Shown: positions 1 through 19,835, numbered from the stretch's first letter. The stretch: 64,000 nt of DNA from Azolla caroliniana (GCA_043228905.1 JBHGNT010000015.1:19220001-19284000); one strand, 5' to 3'. Notes: generated from the sequence alone by a model not told the origin. Program-made: numbers and translations.

Positions 1-1770
1 CAGAGTAGGCCTAGGGGGTATGCAAGTCAATCTCTTGGTTTATATAGATGATATAGTTTTACTCTCTAAGTTTAAACAAGACCTACAAAGGCACCTTAAT
101 GACTTAGATGACTTTTGCAAATAAAGAGGACTAGTAGTGAATCTAGGGAAAACTAAAGTCCTATCTTCCACACGTCTACCCAAGTTCAGAGTAAATACCA
201 CCTAATGCTCTTTAAGAGACAAGTTGAGGTAGTAAGATCATATGTATATCTTGGTGTCACTTTTAGTGCTTGCTTGAAAGTAAATTTTCGATGACACATG
301 CAACAAAAGATATATTAACAAGAGGATATGCGCCCCTCTCACTCTTAGAGAGATAATGCCACTAAACATACTTCCAAGAGTCATGAACAAAAGGGTGGCT
401 CTTCGACTCATTTGTAACCCCTTCCCTCATGTATGCAACGATGGTTTTGGGCTCCGGGGCTACCACCTCTCATGTGATTGTAATTAGTGCAATCGATGTT
501 ATCACGACAAATCCAAAGCAAATCAATAGTATCACATAAAATCATTAACACAAAGTTTGTTTACCCCCTATGCTAGTAGAATCACTTTTTTAAGTAGTAG
601 TTTTATTGATAGGAACCATGGGCAATCACAAGATAGGATATCTTGACAAGCTTTCGAGGCATTTCGATTACTCTACGAGTCCATAGATACTAGCTCTTGG
701 TATATTACCATGGTAGACTAGCTTTTCGACAGAGACATTAATAACCTAGCTCCACTTAGGTACCACTACAAGACCGATAAAACTTTGATATTTCATGAAG
801 ACTGCAACAAAGTGAACGCCAAGAAATATGGCAAATGTATACTTTACATAAATGGATTAACCCATGAGAGCCACTCCCATCTAAAATGTTGTCCTATACG
901 GAACACTTCATGCATTTCTTCGAGTTAGGTTTTATTATGCAACCAAAATATCTAAATACGTTCTTACCAAATACATAAAGGGTTGACATCGGACAACTTA
1001 AAGTATCATCCCACCAACTTGAGATTGAAGATGGTTGTGCTAATGGAGTTCCTAGAGATAAAAGGATGTGTAGATTATGTCACATAGAGATAGATGCTGA
1101 GTATCATTTACATGCAAATGTCCAGCTTACATCAAGGTAAGGGGAACATACCATGACGTACTTGGACCCTCTCCCAACTATTGGATACTTTGGATATAAA
1201 TACACTAGGTAGATATATATTAGAATTAAAATGACATAGAGAGAATAAGCTACAAAATGTTAACCATAACCTTTCTAATACTCATCAACACGTCACCATT
1301 GAATGTTTTTAAGGATAGGGGAGGATGATAAACGAGAACACACTTGGACCATTTGGCCACTTCGTCATGGAAGCAAAAAACGAGAGAATAACCAAACAAC
1401 CTCGTATACCAGGCTTCAAAGTCACTCATTGTGTGGAAGCAATTAAGAAGATACGAGAATGAGAGTTACCCCACATAGAAGCTTTGGATAGGATACCATT
1501 TACATTCGAGACCACGTGTTACACTTGCATCGCAACCCTTCGATTCCTTGCTCCTTTTCGAGAGACAAGGATGGAAATGAAACTAGTCTCAACACATAGC
1601 CGTTTCCTTTATAGAACATGCTACACCGCATGGCATCTTTTTTTACCGTGCTTAGACTCTTTTATTGATGTTTTATTTTTGATAATAGGGTACACATACC
1701 CGTTATTCTAATCAATTGTCTCATGGGCCAAAATCTGGTCTTAGAAGACGTTAATATATATTTCTTTCTT
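1..1770 (+). mobile_element. 3' part of a degenerate non-L1 LINE (same family as 57966-62588)
   Basis: Collinear with ~60780-62550: RT YADD-like region (tatatagatgatatagtttt), CCHC-like 'gtagattatgtcacatagagatagatgctgagtatcat', and the same 3' end 'ctcatgggccaaaatctggtcttagaagacgttaatat' followed by tttctttctt. Many stops and frameshifts. Confidence 0.9.
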
Positions 1771-1794
1771 GTGTATTATTGGCGATTCAACACG

Positions 1795-2322
1795 TATGTA
1801 GTTAGTGGGTGACCATACTACTCCATTGTGGTACCCATTGTAAGTAGTGTTTTCCATACACATTTCTTTACCATGATTGTGTGTGTTTTCACAACAACAA
1901 GAAGAAGAGAAGTGAGAGAAGTGAGGGGCATTTGAGGAAATAAAAGGAAGCCCCAAAGAGAGAAGAGAAGAGGAGAGAAGAGAAAGAGAGCTTAGGGGTA
2001 TCTGAAGGAAATAAAGAAAACCCAGATAAGAAGAAAGGAGTTTGTTCCACTACCTATGTAGTCGATGAGTGGGTGGCCATACTACTCCATTGTGGTACCC
2101 ATTGTAAGTAATGTTTTCCATACACATTTCTTTACCATGATTGTGAGTGTTTTCACAAGAAGGAGGAGAAGAAGAAGAATCAGAAGAAGAAGAAGAAGAG
2201 AAGTGAGAAAAGTGAGGGGCATCTGAGGAAATAAAAGGAAGCCCCAAAGAGAGAAGAGAAGGGAAGGGAGAGGCCAGGGGTATCTGAAGGAAATAAAGAA
2301 AACTCAGATAAGAAGAAAGGAG
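1795..2322 (+). repeat. Direct duplication (two ~250-270 bp copies) immediately upstream of the GSNOR start
   Basis: 'agtgggtgaccatactactccattgtggtacccattgtaagta...cagataagaagaaaggag' occurs at ~1800-2040 and ~2065-2322. Confidence 0.9.
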
Positions 2323-2369
2323 GAGGCGACAGAGAGAGAGAGAGAAACAGAGGAGGTGGAGGAGACGCC

Positions 2370-8877
<6,508 letters not shown>

Positions 8878-10481
8878 TCCTCCTGGAAGCAGGAGAATGC
8901 CTTCGAGCTGCTATTCACATATGTAATCATACAAATTCCTATTTATTTTTGCATTTGGAACTTTTGTATTAGCTTTGTCACACTAAAATGGTCATCAATT
9001 GGTGCTGGATTTCAGTTCTGCACTAGATTTTGAAATACTCATAATCTATTCTTGCAATTATCATGCAAATTCAACTAAATACCACAATACTTTTTATTGT
9101 TCATTGTGTTGGTATTTATGACTAAACCCTCACCAAAGGGCAGTCTTCGATCTCTCCTTCATAAGATTAAATTAAAAAGCGCAATGCATGTGGAAGACAC
9201 ATAAGATGTTTGTTCTTATAAAGAAAATTTCAGCTGTGGGAAAATATAATTGAAGTCTATAAAACCCACAAGTGTATGGCCTTACATGCATTGAATGACA
9301 TGGAGAAGAGGTTATCTGTGACATGTAGAATAGGTGGCCATTGTCCTTTTAAGGCTTATCCAATTTGACCAACGGCTGCTTCCTTCAGGAAGGCCTTATT
9401 TTCAGCTCTTTGCCTCTAGAAAGCCAGTTAGCTGATCAAGGTCAGTGGCCATACCTCTGAGATTATTTCTACCATTATACTTACAAGTTTAAGGTATTTG
9501 TGCTTTTAACACACTGGAAACTGAATCAGACAATTATACCATTATACTTCCTAAAATTTGGGCCCATGTCAAAAATCATGTCCATTGACGTATGAAGGTG
9601 TTGAGAAGCCAATAGGAAGTCCATGTTAGCAAAATTGCAACTATCTATACAAATCAGTCATAATTGTGTAGCACAAAAGTAAAGGACATATCATGATGGA
9701 ATGAGTAATACTGACGAGTATTCTCAAAAAATATGCTTGATGCTGGGAAACCATGTACCTGTGGATATAATTTCCCAAGGTTTTTGCATTTAACTGGTCT
9801 TATTGTATAAACGAAAATATCTGAGCAAGTTTACCCTACCTGTGTACAATTTTGCAAGATTTTTACATGTCACTCATTTTATTGTATAAATGAAAATATT
9901 TTCAGAAACTGTACCTATGTACAATTTTGTAAGATTTCTGTGTTGTATAAATTTTTTAATTGTTGTCCCCAATTTGTTTCATCAAATGTTCTACAAAAAG
10001 TCATTTTGGACTGGAAACAAAATCTTGACTTACCTAAGTAGACTTCAAATACTTTCAATGTTAGTGTTGAGCCCAGTAATGGCTTCATCCTTTGACATGC
10101 TCTTAATGAAAATCATCCTTCCAACAGAATTTGTACTGACGTTCAGGAAAACATAATAGTAGAGGATGTTGATCAATTAGCAGTATATACCATTTAGTTC
10201 ATATATAAACTGTTGCAGATAAATGTTCCACTACATGGCATCACCTCTCCAGTTCATAAGGCAAGTCAGGATCTTTCATCTGATTCGATTCATTAACACA
10301 GCAGTGAGAAATGACTACACAAATCTCCAATCGCAAACATATGTTAATGAAATTCATGATTTGTACAAGCATTATTGAAAGAAAACAAGAAATTGCACAC
10401 CGATCAAAATGCAATGCACAGACATTTTCATTGATGATGTACAACTATGTGCGCAGTCACCAGGAGAAACTTTACAAACAT

Positions 10482-13295
10482 TTAGATTAAATGCATCTGC
10501 TCCATGTCAGATTCATAAAGCCAAACAGCAAGGGGATGCCCTATCCCAACAAAACAACCTGAGTTTCTACTCTCCACACGGAAAGGAGAGCTCACCGCCT
10601 TCAAAATCTCTTCCACTGCTTGTTTGATTAGTGAGGAGCCTGTAACTCTGCTTCTACGTCCCCATCCAGTTATAATATCAATTCGTTCCGGCACCACTCC
10701 GGTGGCAATCATTCCTTCTTTCAAATTAGATAACGTTCTTGACAGTGCGACTACAGCAGTACCTATAGACATTGTGTGCAAATTGATAGCCCAATACTTG
10801 GCAGCCTTTTGTGTAACTGTTTTTGGATAGATTTGCTTCTCAGAAGCCACCTCCCACACAGCTGCGGCTTCCGCTTTCATGTTCACATTATGGAGAAAAC
10901 TGATTGCAGCATCAGTGAAACTTCTCTTACTCTCTTGCTCATTGCAAGAGATTGTTTCAAAAAACTGGATGATGTGGTCCTTAGTATCCTTCTTATTCGA
11001 TCCAGGTAGGGAGCATAAGAAGAAATGTGCAGGATGGTCCATGCTAGCCATAATATTCCATATATTTTCACCATCACTAGCTGTCCTTCCCGACATTGTA
11101 TAGCTGCTTAGAAGGAGAGTATAAGTCTGAAGTGAGGGTACCATGCCTTGGGCCTTCATATCATAAAGCAGCTTTCTGACGTTATCATACAAGTTTTCCC
11201 TCAAATAAGCACCAAGCAATGAGTTACAAGTAGGAACATTTGGTCTAACTCCAGAGTCTAGCATAACGTTGAACCATCCACAAGCCTTCTCCAGATTCCC
11301 TGCCTTGCCCCAGATATCCACTAAAAGGCCATAAACAGTGGTATCCGGGGCCCAACCTGCTTTTTGCATATCACAGAAAACATTTTCAACCTCTTCCAGC
11401 TGACCAATATGCCCCAAAACCTCCATTACTATGCTATATGTTACCTGGTCAGGAAGAAAACCAGCCTTTTGCATATCATTATAGAGTTTCAATGCCATAT
11501 CATAATTTGCTGATTTAGCATGCAGATCAATGAGAATGTTATAAGTGACTATATTAGGAATACATCCTTTAGCAATCATTTCATTAAGAATTTTCTGGGC
11601 AGCTGACAATTCACCAGCTTTGCCCAGGCAATTAATAATAACACTGTATGTAAATGTGTCAGGCTGTAAACCAGCCTGTTGCATCTGCTTATACATGTCC
11701 ATAGCCACATCAAGGGATCCAGCCTTGGCATGCAAATCAATGAGAGTACAATAGGTAACCTTATCAGGAATGCACCCAACAAGCTTCATGTGGTGAAATA
11801 TCTCAAGTGCTTCTACCATCTGGTTTGCCCTCCCATAGCAATGTATCAATCTGTTGAATGTTACCACACTAGGTTTACATCCATCCCTTGCCATGTCTTC
11901 CAGTAATTCACAAACAGCATCAAACCTTCGAGCCCGTCCTAAGATGCCCACCATTGTGGTATATGTATGCACATCATGTTTGTAACCTCCCTGGTTTCTA
12001 ACCCAGTTGAAGAATATCAAAGCTACAGAGCTATCATCTAGGGACTTCAGTACTTCATTTACATGATAGGGACTTAATTTTTTGCTGAGAGAAGAAAGTG
12101 CTACTTCAGTATCCAGACCCCAACCTAACTTTTCCAATATGTTACAAACACGTTCGACAATTGCTCTTCCATTATTATGAGATTTATGTCTAGCTTTTCC
12201 TTGTCTACTGCAGTTAGAAGTATTAGCCTTCCATTTGCTCCCTCTTCTTCGTTCTCCACGCCTTGAAAACTTGTGGAGAGTTGAGTCACATTCAGAAATT
12301 TCTAGTAAACTATTGGCCCCAGTGAAGTCATTAGATGCGTTGGTCATGTCATGACATTGTTCAATCTGAGAAGGAAGAACCAGAGGTCGAGTCACTTCCT
12401 TACAACTTCCCAAAAATGTTGAGGATTTTACATTAAAAGTTGTCTGTGCCACTACAACTTCCCCATCTAATTTCAGGCTATTCAATCCATTGTTAAGGAG
12501 ATTGAGCACATTAGAATTTTGCCTTTGTGGCTCATCATGCTCACAGGATGTAAAATATTCTCTTGCATCTTTGAAGCCAGAGTTAGTACATATTCTATTA
12601 CTTTCTGAAGGTTTTTGATGAATAAGGCCAGGCTCTTTCACATCAGAATTTTCCCTCTCTTTCTGATTGGAAGTGTTTGATGTAAAAGACTGCTCATTGT
12701 CTGCCACCACAGCTGTAGTCTTCTCGTTTGCTTTAACAGTGTTCTGGATGTCAGATAATCTTTCGACAGTGGTACGACCCACCTTGGTTACATTGTCAAG
12801 ACACTCCAAATGTTCTTGTTTACCATCACCATTCTTTAATTCTTCTCTTGATATCTCATCATGCACACCGGATGTTGATATTGGCTTCTTCACATTTTGT
12901 TGTGTACATGATGAGCTGCTGGATCCCATATCACCTTTAGATCCCGACTCTGAAACTTTATTATGAGTCTTAATATCGGCAAATCCATTGACAATAGTAC
13001 CATGCAGAACATGAGCCTTCTGACTAACATCACATGTCAAACCAAGTTTATGTACATTGGGTAATGGCTTCTCAAAAGAATTAATCTTTTCTGGAACACT
13101 ATTGCAATGACTTTCATTTGAAATTCTAAAGGCAGCCCTATGCAAAATGAGATTTTCCCTTCTAACTCTTCCAAGATTAACATCTTTTGATTCTTCCTCA
13201 TGACCTTCATCAGCAGATGGGCTCTTACAAGGACCTGCTGCTAGCCATGCTCTGGTACTATTGTACAAGGGAACAATTTGCTTTGGTCGGAGCAT
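10482..13295 (-). CDS. P-type pentatricopeptide repeat protein with C-terminal SMR domain (At1g18900/At1g74750-like), 937 aa
   Basis: Uninterrupted ORF; tandem 35-aa repeats (HDVHTYTTMVGILGRA, PSVVTFNRLIHCYGRA, PDKVTYCTLIDLHAK, PDTFTYSVIINCLGKA); SMR motifs INLHTMSIGTAVVAL and RIDIITGWGRRSRVTG. Confidence 0.95.
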   Translation of the reverse strand: MLRPKQIVPLYNSTRAWLAAGPCKSPSADEGHEEESKDVNLGRVRRENLILHRAAFRISNESHCNSVPEKINSFEKPLPNVHKLGLTCDVSQKAHVLHGTIVNGFADIKTHNKVSESGSKGDMGSSSSSCTQQNVKKPISTSGVHDEISREELKNGDGKQEHLECLDNVTKVGRTTVERLSDIQNTVKANEKTTAVVADNEQSFTSNTSNQKERENSDVKEPGLIHQKPSESNRICTNSGFKDAREYFTSCEHDEPQRQNSNVLNLLNNGLNSLKLDGEVVVAQTTFNVKSSTFLGSCKEVTRPLVLPSQIEQCHDMTNASNDFTGANSLLEISECDSTLHKFSRRGERRRGSKWKANTSNCSRQGKARHKSHNNGRAIVERVCNILEKLGWGLDTEVALSSLSKKLSPYHVNEVLKSLDDSSVALIFFNWVRNQGGYKHDVHTYTTMVGILGRARRFDAVCELLEDMARDGCKPSVVTFNRLIHCYGRANQMVEALEIFHHMKLVGCIPDKVTYCTLIDLHAKAGSLDVAMDMYKQMQQAGLQPDTFTYSVIINCLGKAGELSAAQKILNEMIAKGCIPNIVTYNILIDLHAKSANYDMALKLYNDMQKAGFLPDQVTYSIVMEVLGHIGQLEEVENVFCDMQKAGWAPDTTVYGLLVDIWGKAGNLEKACGWFNVMLDSGVRPNVPTCNSLLGAYLRENLYDNVRKLLYDMKAQGMVPSLQTYTLLLSSYTMSGRTASDGENIWNIMASMDHPAHFFLCSLPGSNKKDTKDHIIQFFETISCNEQESKRSFTDAAISFLHNVNMKAEAAAVWEVASEKQIYPKTVTQKAAKYWAINLHTMSIGTAVVALSRTLSNLKEGMIATGVVPERIDIITGWGRRSRVTGSSLIKQAVEEILKAVSSPFRVESRNSGCFVGIGHPLAVWLYESDMEQMHLI

Positions 13296-15003
13296 GATCC
13301 TTCACAACATAAGAGCAACTATAACAGCACTCTGAAGAGGAAACTAGAAGCTCAGACAATTTCCACTTCAGATATGTAATAATTTGCTTTTCTATTAGCA
13401 GCCATGTGATTTTGGGACACAAACATTTGTTTCTTCGGCAAGGATCCCTCTGCAAAGCATTAGATAACCCTTGAGATGTTGACGCTAATAAAACCGACAG
13501 GTAACAAGCAAAGAGTAGTTAGGCTAACTAGATTTCAGAAACAACTAAAACAATGGAGGTTAAACCAGGTAATAAGGTGGAGAACTTTACTAATAGATGA
13601 ATAATAAGATAAATGACAGAAACTTTTTTCAGCTGAGTTCTTATATGATTCATCAGGGTTATCAACCCACAACATGCAGTTATCTATAGACAAGAATCTA
13701 TACTAGGAGTCGAAAAGCTTATGTTTAGGAATTGATATTAATCAAGAGAGAGTGAGAGACCAAGATGTCAATCAAACTCTGCTTGGTACAAGTTAGCTCT
13801 TCTAAAGCAATTCGCATGAAATCACTAGAGCTGAAGCTCCGGTCAATAATTGGCAGAAGTTTGAGTAGACCTGAGGGATTCTCTGGAGGAAAGGCTTCAT
13901 GAGAGAATGATAGATAAAGGTACAGTCCGATCCATACAGAGACATATGGCGTATAGCATTAGAAAAACACAACCTGAGGCTATTTAACATATGTGCTATC
14001 CCCCTCTGAGTAGTATAACCAGTCATACCGGAGGAGCTCTTGATTTAGCCACTTCTAGTCTCTACCTATCAGGTGTTTTCTTTATTTTAGGTTTCATTAA
14101 TTTTATAACCATTGTCCTTAACACACCTTTTCTATTAAAGCAAAGAGTCTCACTTTAAGTGAACATATGAGGTTCTTAATTATCTGTATCGAATGACAAA
14201 TTTTCAACTAGTTGAGTAAAATCATCTGATATTCCTGCAATTAAAACTCTCTTTCTATCATTATCGTTTCTACTTAGACATCCCACACGTTACAAGTACT
14301 CTATATATATTGAATTGCATTGTAGGATTCATAACTCCTCATTTGGATAATAAACATGTCATGTTTCTACTGGACTGGACTCAATTGGAGGTTTGAGTCC
14401 ACAATATGCTCATTGCCATAGTAAAAGCACAGAATAACATAATCCCATCAAGAAATTTAACAGGAATCTTGAAACTTAACACAGAAGTGCAAAATGTATT
14501 ATAGCTGTAGTTTCATGAAGGGCCAATTGCGATAGCAAAAGCACTAAAAATTCATTTATAGAACAAAATCTCTAAAAATGTCACGATACTGCAAATAAAG
14601 CGAACTTCAAAAACAACCCTTTACTGTATAAAGAAAAAATGGGGTTTCAGGAAGAGGAAATTGCCGTAACAAAAACAATGTCACTACAATATGGCAAGAA
14701 AAATAAAACCACAACACTTTTCCACACATACAGAAGGAAAAATGAGGCCAAAAACAGTACTGAAAAGTGAGAGGAGGGTCTGACGAAGATAGAGCAGGGA
14801 AAAAACAGACAAAGATCTTGTTGTTTTCTAAAGAACTGACGAAGAAGGTAGTAAGCAGCGGTAGAACATGTGTAGAGCCAGAAAATAAAACCGGTAAATA
14901 GTGAAAGTAAAAAGAAATAACGATAAAACCCCACTCCATGTTGCAAAAAATGACGCAGAAAACAGACCCAAAACCTACATTGAAGGGAAGTGAGGAAGAG
15001 CAC

Positions 15004-15260
15004 CTGATTCCTGCTAACGAAGCAAAAGAGCGGAAAAAGCAGAGCTCAAATCCTGTTTTTTTTTTTTCTCAGAAGAGCTGATGAAGAGAGACGGTGAAGA
15101 TCATACTTCATCTGTCTCTTCTCCACGGCAGATTGAAGATGCCATAGCTTCTGTTGTAAGAGACCTCTGCGTCCGCTCATCAGAGGCGAGACGCAAGAGG
15201 TCTTCTTTTTTTGGATTCCTTTCGTCTGTGCGCGTGTCTGAGAGAGGAAGGAAGACGTCC
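15004..15260 (-). other. Probable non-coding 5'UTR exon of the PPR-SMR gene
   Basis: GA/CT-rich leader, donor-like cag|gtgctc at 15003 on the minus strand followed by a T-rich intron-like tract; acceptor candidates near 13332 or 13450. Inference only. Confidence 0.4.
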
Positions 15261-15395
15261 TTCTCTTTTCTCTTTACTTTTTTTGTGGGCGATGTTTGTT
15301 TTTGTGCCCTAATTTTTCTCCTTTGTCTGTGTTTCTTTTCTTCATTCCTCTTTCTTTCTCTCTTTCTGACACAAGTTACAACACACACACACAAG

Positions 15396-16210
15396 AATGA
15401 ATGGATTGAATGGATGGATGGATGGATGGATGGATGGATGAAACAAATACAAGCATGAATGGATGCCTAGATGGGTGAATGGATACGTGGATGGGTGCGT
15501 GGATGGATGGATGGGTGTGTGGATGTATGGATGGATGTGTGTATGGATGGATGGATGGGTGCACAGATGGATGGATGTGTGTATCTATGGATGGATGTAT
15601 GTGTGTATGGTTGTGTGTGGATGCATGGATGGATTGATGGATGTGTGGATGGATGGATGCATGAAACAAAGTTCATTCTTTGTTGTCCCCAATCTCTTCT
15701 TAGATGGATGTTTGAATGAATGCGTGGATGGATGGATGGATGAATGGGTGCGTGGATGCATGAAACAAAGTTCATTCTTTGTCTGTCCTTAATCTCTTCT
15801 TGGATGGATGTTTGAATGAATGCGTGGATGGATGGATGGGTGCGTGGATGCATGAAACAAAGTTCATTCTTTGTCTGTGCTTAATCTCTTCTTGGATGGA
15901 TGTTTGAATGAATGCGTGGATGGATGGATGGGTGCGTGGATGCATGAAACAAAGTTCATTCTTTGTCTGTCCTTAATCTCTTCTTGGATGGATGTTTGAA
16001 TGAATGCGTGGATGGATGGATGTGTGGATGGATGCTTGAATGAATGCGTAGATGGATGGATGTGTGTATGGATGGAGGGATGCGTGGATGGATGGATGCA
16101 CGAAACAAAGTTCATTCTTTGTCTGTCCCCAATCTCTTCTTGGATGGATGCTTGAATGAATGTGTGGATGGATGGATGGATGCATGAATGAATGAAACAC
16201 AATTCATTTT
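15396..16210. repeat. (GGAT)n microsatellite grading into a ~90-bp minisatellite
   Basis: Long ggat/gtgt arrays; unit 'gaaacaaagttcattctttgtctgtccttaatctcttcttggatggatgtttgaatgaatgcgtggatgg' recurs about 5-6 times from 15660 to 16210. Confidence 0.95.
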
Positions 16211-16404
16211 TTGTCCGGCTCCAGTCTCTTCCTCTTGCCAACTCTTCCCTTTCCCCCTTGTCAGTCGGTCCTTCCACATCGCTTGCTCTCCTAGAAAAGA
16301 AGAAGAAGAAGAAGAAGAAAGCTCTGGAAGACCAAGCCCCCTCCTAGTCATCCTTAATAGCATAGGAGTAACCCATGTTCAACGCGTCATTCACTAATAA
16401 AAAC

Positions 16405-16835
16405 TACCATAAACACCAATAGCTCGTTAATCATGTTCCTAATTATATTCTTTGAAGGAAGTGATTTTGCATCAAAAGGGTGCTAAATTACACAATGTTT
16501 GTTTATTGCCACGTCTTGGTAAGAGACAACAACGCTTTATTTGTCCCTTATGTACGATGATTTGATATTCAATAAGTTTATAATAGAGGGATGGGGATTT
16601 GGTCGTTTATGAAATTAGGATGGCATTATTAAATTGACTATAAACACAACGAATTGGTTAATCGTGTTCCTAATTATGCTTTGAAGGAAGTGATTCTGCA
16701 TTAATATGGTGCTAAATTACATTGTTTTTGTTTATTGCCACATCTTGGTAAGGGCAACAATGCTGCATTGTCCCTTATTTACGATGATTTGATATTCATT
16801 AAGTTTATAGCAAAGGGATGACATTAACTTTATGA
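16405..16835. repeat. Diverged tandem duplication, ~230-bp unit
   Basis: 'gttaatcatgttcctaattat...tttgaaggaagtgatt...ggtgctaaattaca...tttattgccac...tacgatgatttgatattca' present twice. Confidence 0.85.
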
Positions 16836-18469
16836 AATTCAAATAGCATTTTTGTGGTCTAGTGTTGAGAACTCTTAGCAAACTCATATGTTCCCACAGT
16901 TGTTGCTGGAGACCTATTGCAGATCCAAAGCAAATAAGCAAGGAGCCATTTTTTCTCCATATATGTGAGTTCTCCTGACTTGTTTTTCAACAAAAAAGTT
17001 CTAAACAACACAATATAATGGAATACATTGGACACATCTATACATGTTCTCCTTTGGAATTTGGACACCTCTATTTCAACATGTTTTTGGAATTGATATT
17101 TCCTTATAGGGTTTTAATTTGTCTCCATTAAGAAGATCCACGAGTATTAGGTGTCTAGAGGATAGAGTCAAGATGCATCAAAGTAGAATTTGCTTTGAGG
17201 GTTTTGCTTCATGTTGAATGGAGGAGCTTAGAGACAATATTAAAGTTAGGAAATGGAGGCTTGATTACTTGGCTGATTGGCCTTAGAACATGAAATTGTG
17301 CTCCATATGAAAACAATTTACAAGATGTCAAATATTAATCCCTAAATTATATAAAAGAAAAACAATTGTCATGGTGAAACCTATTGACTTTGTATTTTCT
17401 ATGTTTGAACTTATCTCATTACCAATGTGAGTATTAACTCTAGCAAAGCTCTAATGCTCCTTTGCACTTGATCACACAAGGTAGGTAGTGAATTCTAGCT
17501 TAAAAAATGCGTCAAATATATAGGCATGTAAGGTGTGCATGAAGATCAAGTAGAGGATGAATATCACTTGTTTTTTACATGCTTGGCATATATAAACATT
17601 CATGAAAGCTATGACCATTGACAACATATTAAGAAGGGTTGATAACTGGAAGTTTGAGCTCATATGAGTACTAATTATTTGCATGTTTAGACTTTTGGTG
17701 CATTGAAGCATGAGCATCCCATCTCATGGAGGAGACACACATCAAGAAAAGTTGTGTAGTTATGTTCCAAGGGTCAACATTGGCCTTTTTCGGATGTCAA
17801 AAAAACTTATCTTACCATATCTCATCCTCATGTGGTTTTGGACTTCCATTGAGCACTAATTTTTTTGTGAAGGGCACTATCCCATTAACAAAAACAAGCA
17901 TAATAGGTAATAATCCATCAAAAATCCTAGAACAGAAGAAGTTGGACCTTGTAAATATGGAAACAATTGATAAACTATACAATAGTCAAGTTACTACACA
18001 ACCATTGAACAAATTTTTAGATCTGATTGTTAAATCTTGGTTAAACCTGACTAAGCTACATTCTAACTGAGCTCATAGTTATCAAATCCATTTCTATAAT
18101 TTAAGGTAAGGTTTCAATGGAAATGTTCTCAAGAACATCATGAAACACATTACAAAGTCAATTCCACTGACAATGTTTGCCTTCACAATTAGAACTCATT
18201 TTATTGCGTCAACAAATACCCATTTCAAGGGTAGCATCTGGTTTTCTTTGTGAAAAATTAACGCATTTAGTTTGCTTACTGATGTTGCTTATTGGATTCA
18301 TGTAACCTTCACATCCTAATAATGTAAATTTTTACTCAGCAATATGGCACTTTTTGGGGTATCATTTTAACACAATAATCGAGTTACTCTTGCAAGTCCC
18401 ATTAGTACAAATTCAAAAGTCATCAATAAGGAACAAAAATAAATCTCTATCAAACCTTGTGGGTTTTTA

Positions 18470-19835
18470 TCTCACCTTCAGGTCTCCCATACTTTGAAAA
18501 ACATTCCCTATGAAGTATCCCAAGACATCAATAACGATACAAGGAAAATTGGATAAGAAGGTTTCCCACCAGTAATAGTGTTGAAAAAATAAATCCCTAT
18601 GAAGTATCCCAAAGTCATGTTCCCAAGTTGCTTGACTTCAAGGGAAATTGGATCTGGCAGCATTACAAACTGCCATCACATTAATTTAATTTACCTCTAA
18701 CCAAGTTGTTTTATTGAAGAGCCATCATCAAAGGTAGCAACAAAATGGCAATGAAGGCCTAACAATAAACAAAATCTGCCATTCCTCATTTGTTCTGTAA
18801 ATGAACCAAGCCTTCACTCCCTTCAGTAGTGCTTCCTTCTACAGTCTACACTGGGGATGAGAATCTCTAATTGTGAGACATTAGATAGTGCATAAATCAT
18901 TCTCAAAAGTTGATTGCTTAATCTCACTTGAACATGCTACATGGGTCTCAATCATACAAATTTGCTACAAAAAAGCCTCAAACGGCAAACCATATTCTAC
19001 CTTCTGAGAGTAAGGTTGTTGAATTGGCCAAATAAATACCCTCCACCACATTTTAATTTCAAGGATGACTCATATGCAGGGAAACTCTTAACATTGGTGA
19101 TGAAGGTTTGTTATGTTATCATTGAAAATGGCAAGAAATTTATTGTATTAACTTCATACATCTAGATAAAAATTATCTAGCACTGGACAATTTTGAAGTA
19201 GACAAAAATACAATAATCTAATTAATGAGGAACTTGTAAAAAGCAAACTACACTTTAAGGTGTGTTTTTTGTGGCCTGATTCATCTCACCTCAGGTATAT
19301 TAGCATCATATTTGTAAGTAAAGAGACCTACAATACCATATGATATGCATTGGAATTTCCCACTACTTTCGAATGATCTCCTTTACAACCTGCATTAGAA
19401 AATCATAAAAAAGGATTCAATGTCAATACATCAGTAAAATGAATACCATATATTGAAATTCTGCATGCCTTCTGAAACCAAATCCACTTGGCAATACAGT
19501 AAAAGAAGGAGACGGGTGGGAATTGATTTGTCGATTAAACTCACTATCCTTGGGATCTTGATGCATCAATGTAATGTGCTTCATTGATAGATTCACTTAA
19601 TCACAGTCCTAAAAGAACTTAAATAAAACACATATATTAAGAAATAATGGTATGACACAGGAAACTACTGATAAATGTACGAAAAACACAAGACTTTATA
19701 ACCTGAGCTTGCTGCTGTCTGCACCATATTATTTCTCTTGTGATTGTTATAATAAGTTCCCATGCGTGAAGGAGTTCATGATAATACATGATTCAAATAC
19801 AATGTCACTTTAACATTTATGGATGGCCATCTTAA
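18470..19835 (-). pseudogene. Possible decayed multi-exon gene of unknown identity
   Basis: Several blocks flanked by minus-strand AG/GT signals (about 18695-19165, 19270-19390, 19445-19610, 19702-19830) translate into protein-like stretches (RRSFESSGKFQCISYGIVGLFTYKYD; HQDPKDSEFNRQINSHPSPSFTVLPSGFGFRRHAEFQ) broken by stops. Family not recognised. Confidence 0.3.

Noticed and set aside
10409-12966. Short plus-strand ORFs overlapping the PPR-SMR gene
   Set aside because: Antisense shadows of a long coding frame.
15376-16363. His/Pro- and Trp/Met/Asp-rich ORFs
   Set aside because: Translations of the (GGAT)n repeat on both strands.
17050-18330. Possible hAT-like transposase remnant on the minus strand
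   Set aside because: Only faint words (LHAY...LEF); no TIR/TSD seen; too decayed to support.
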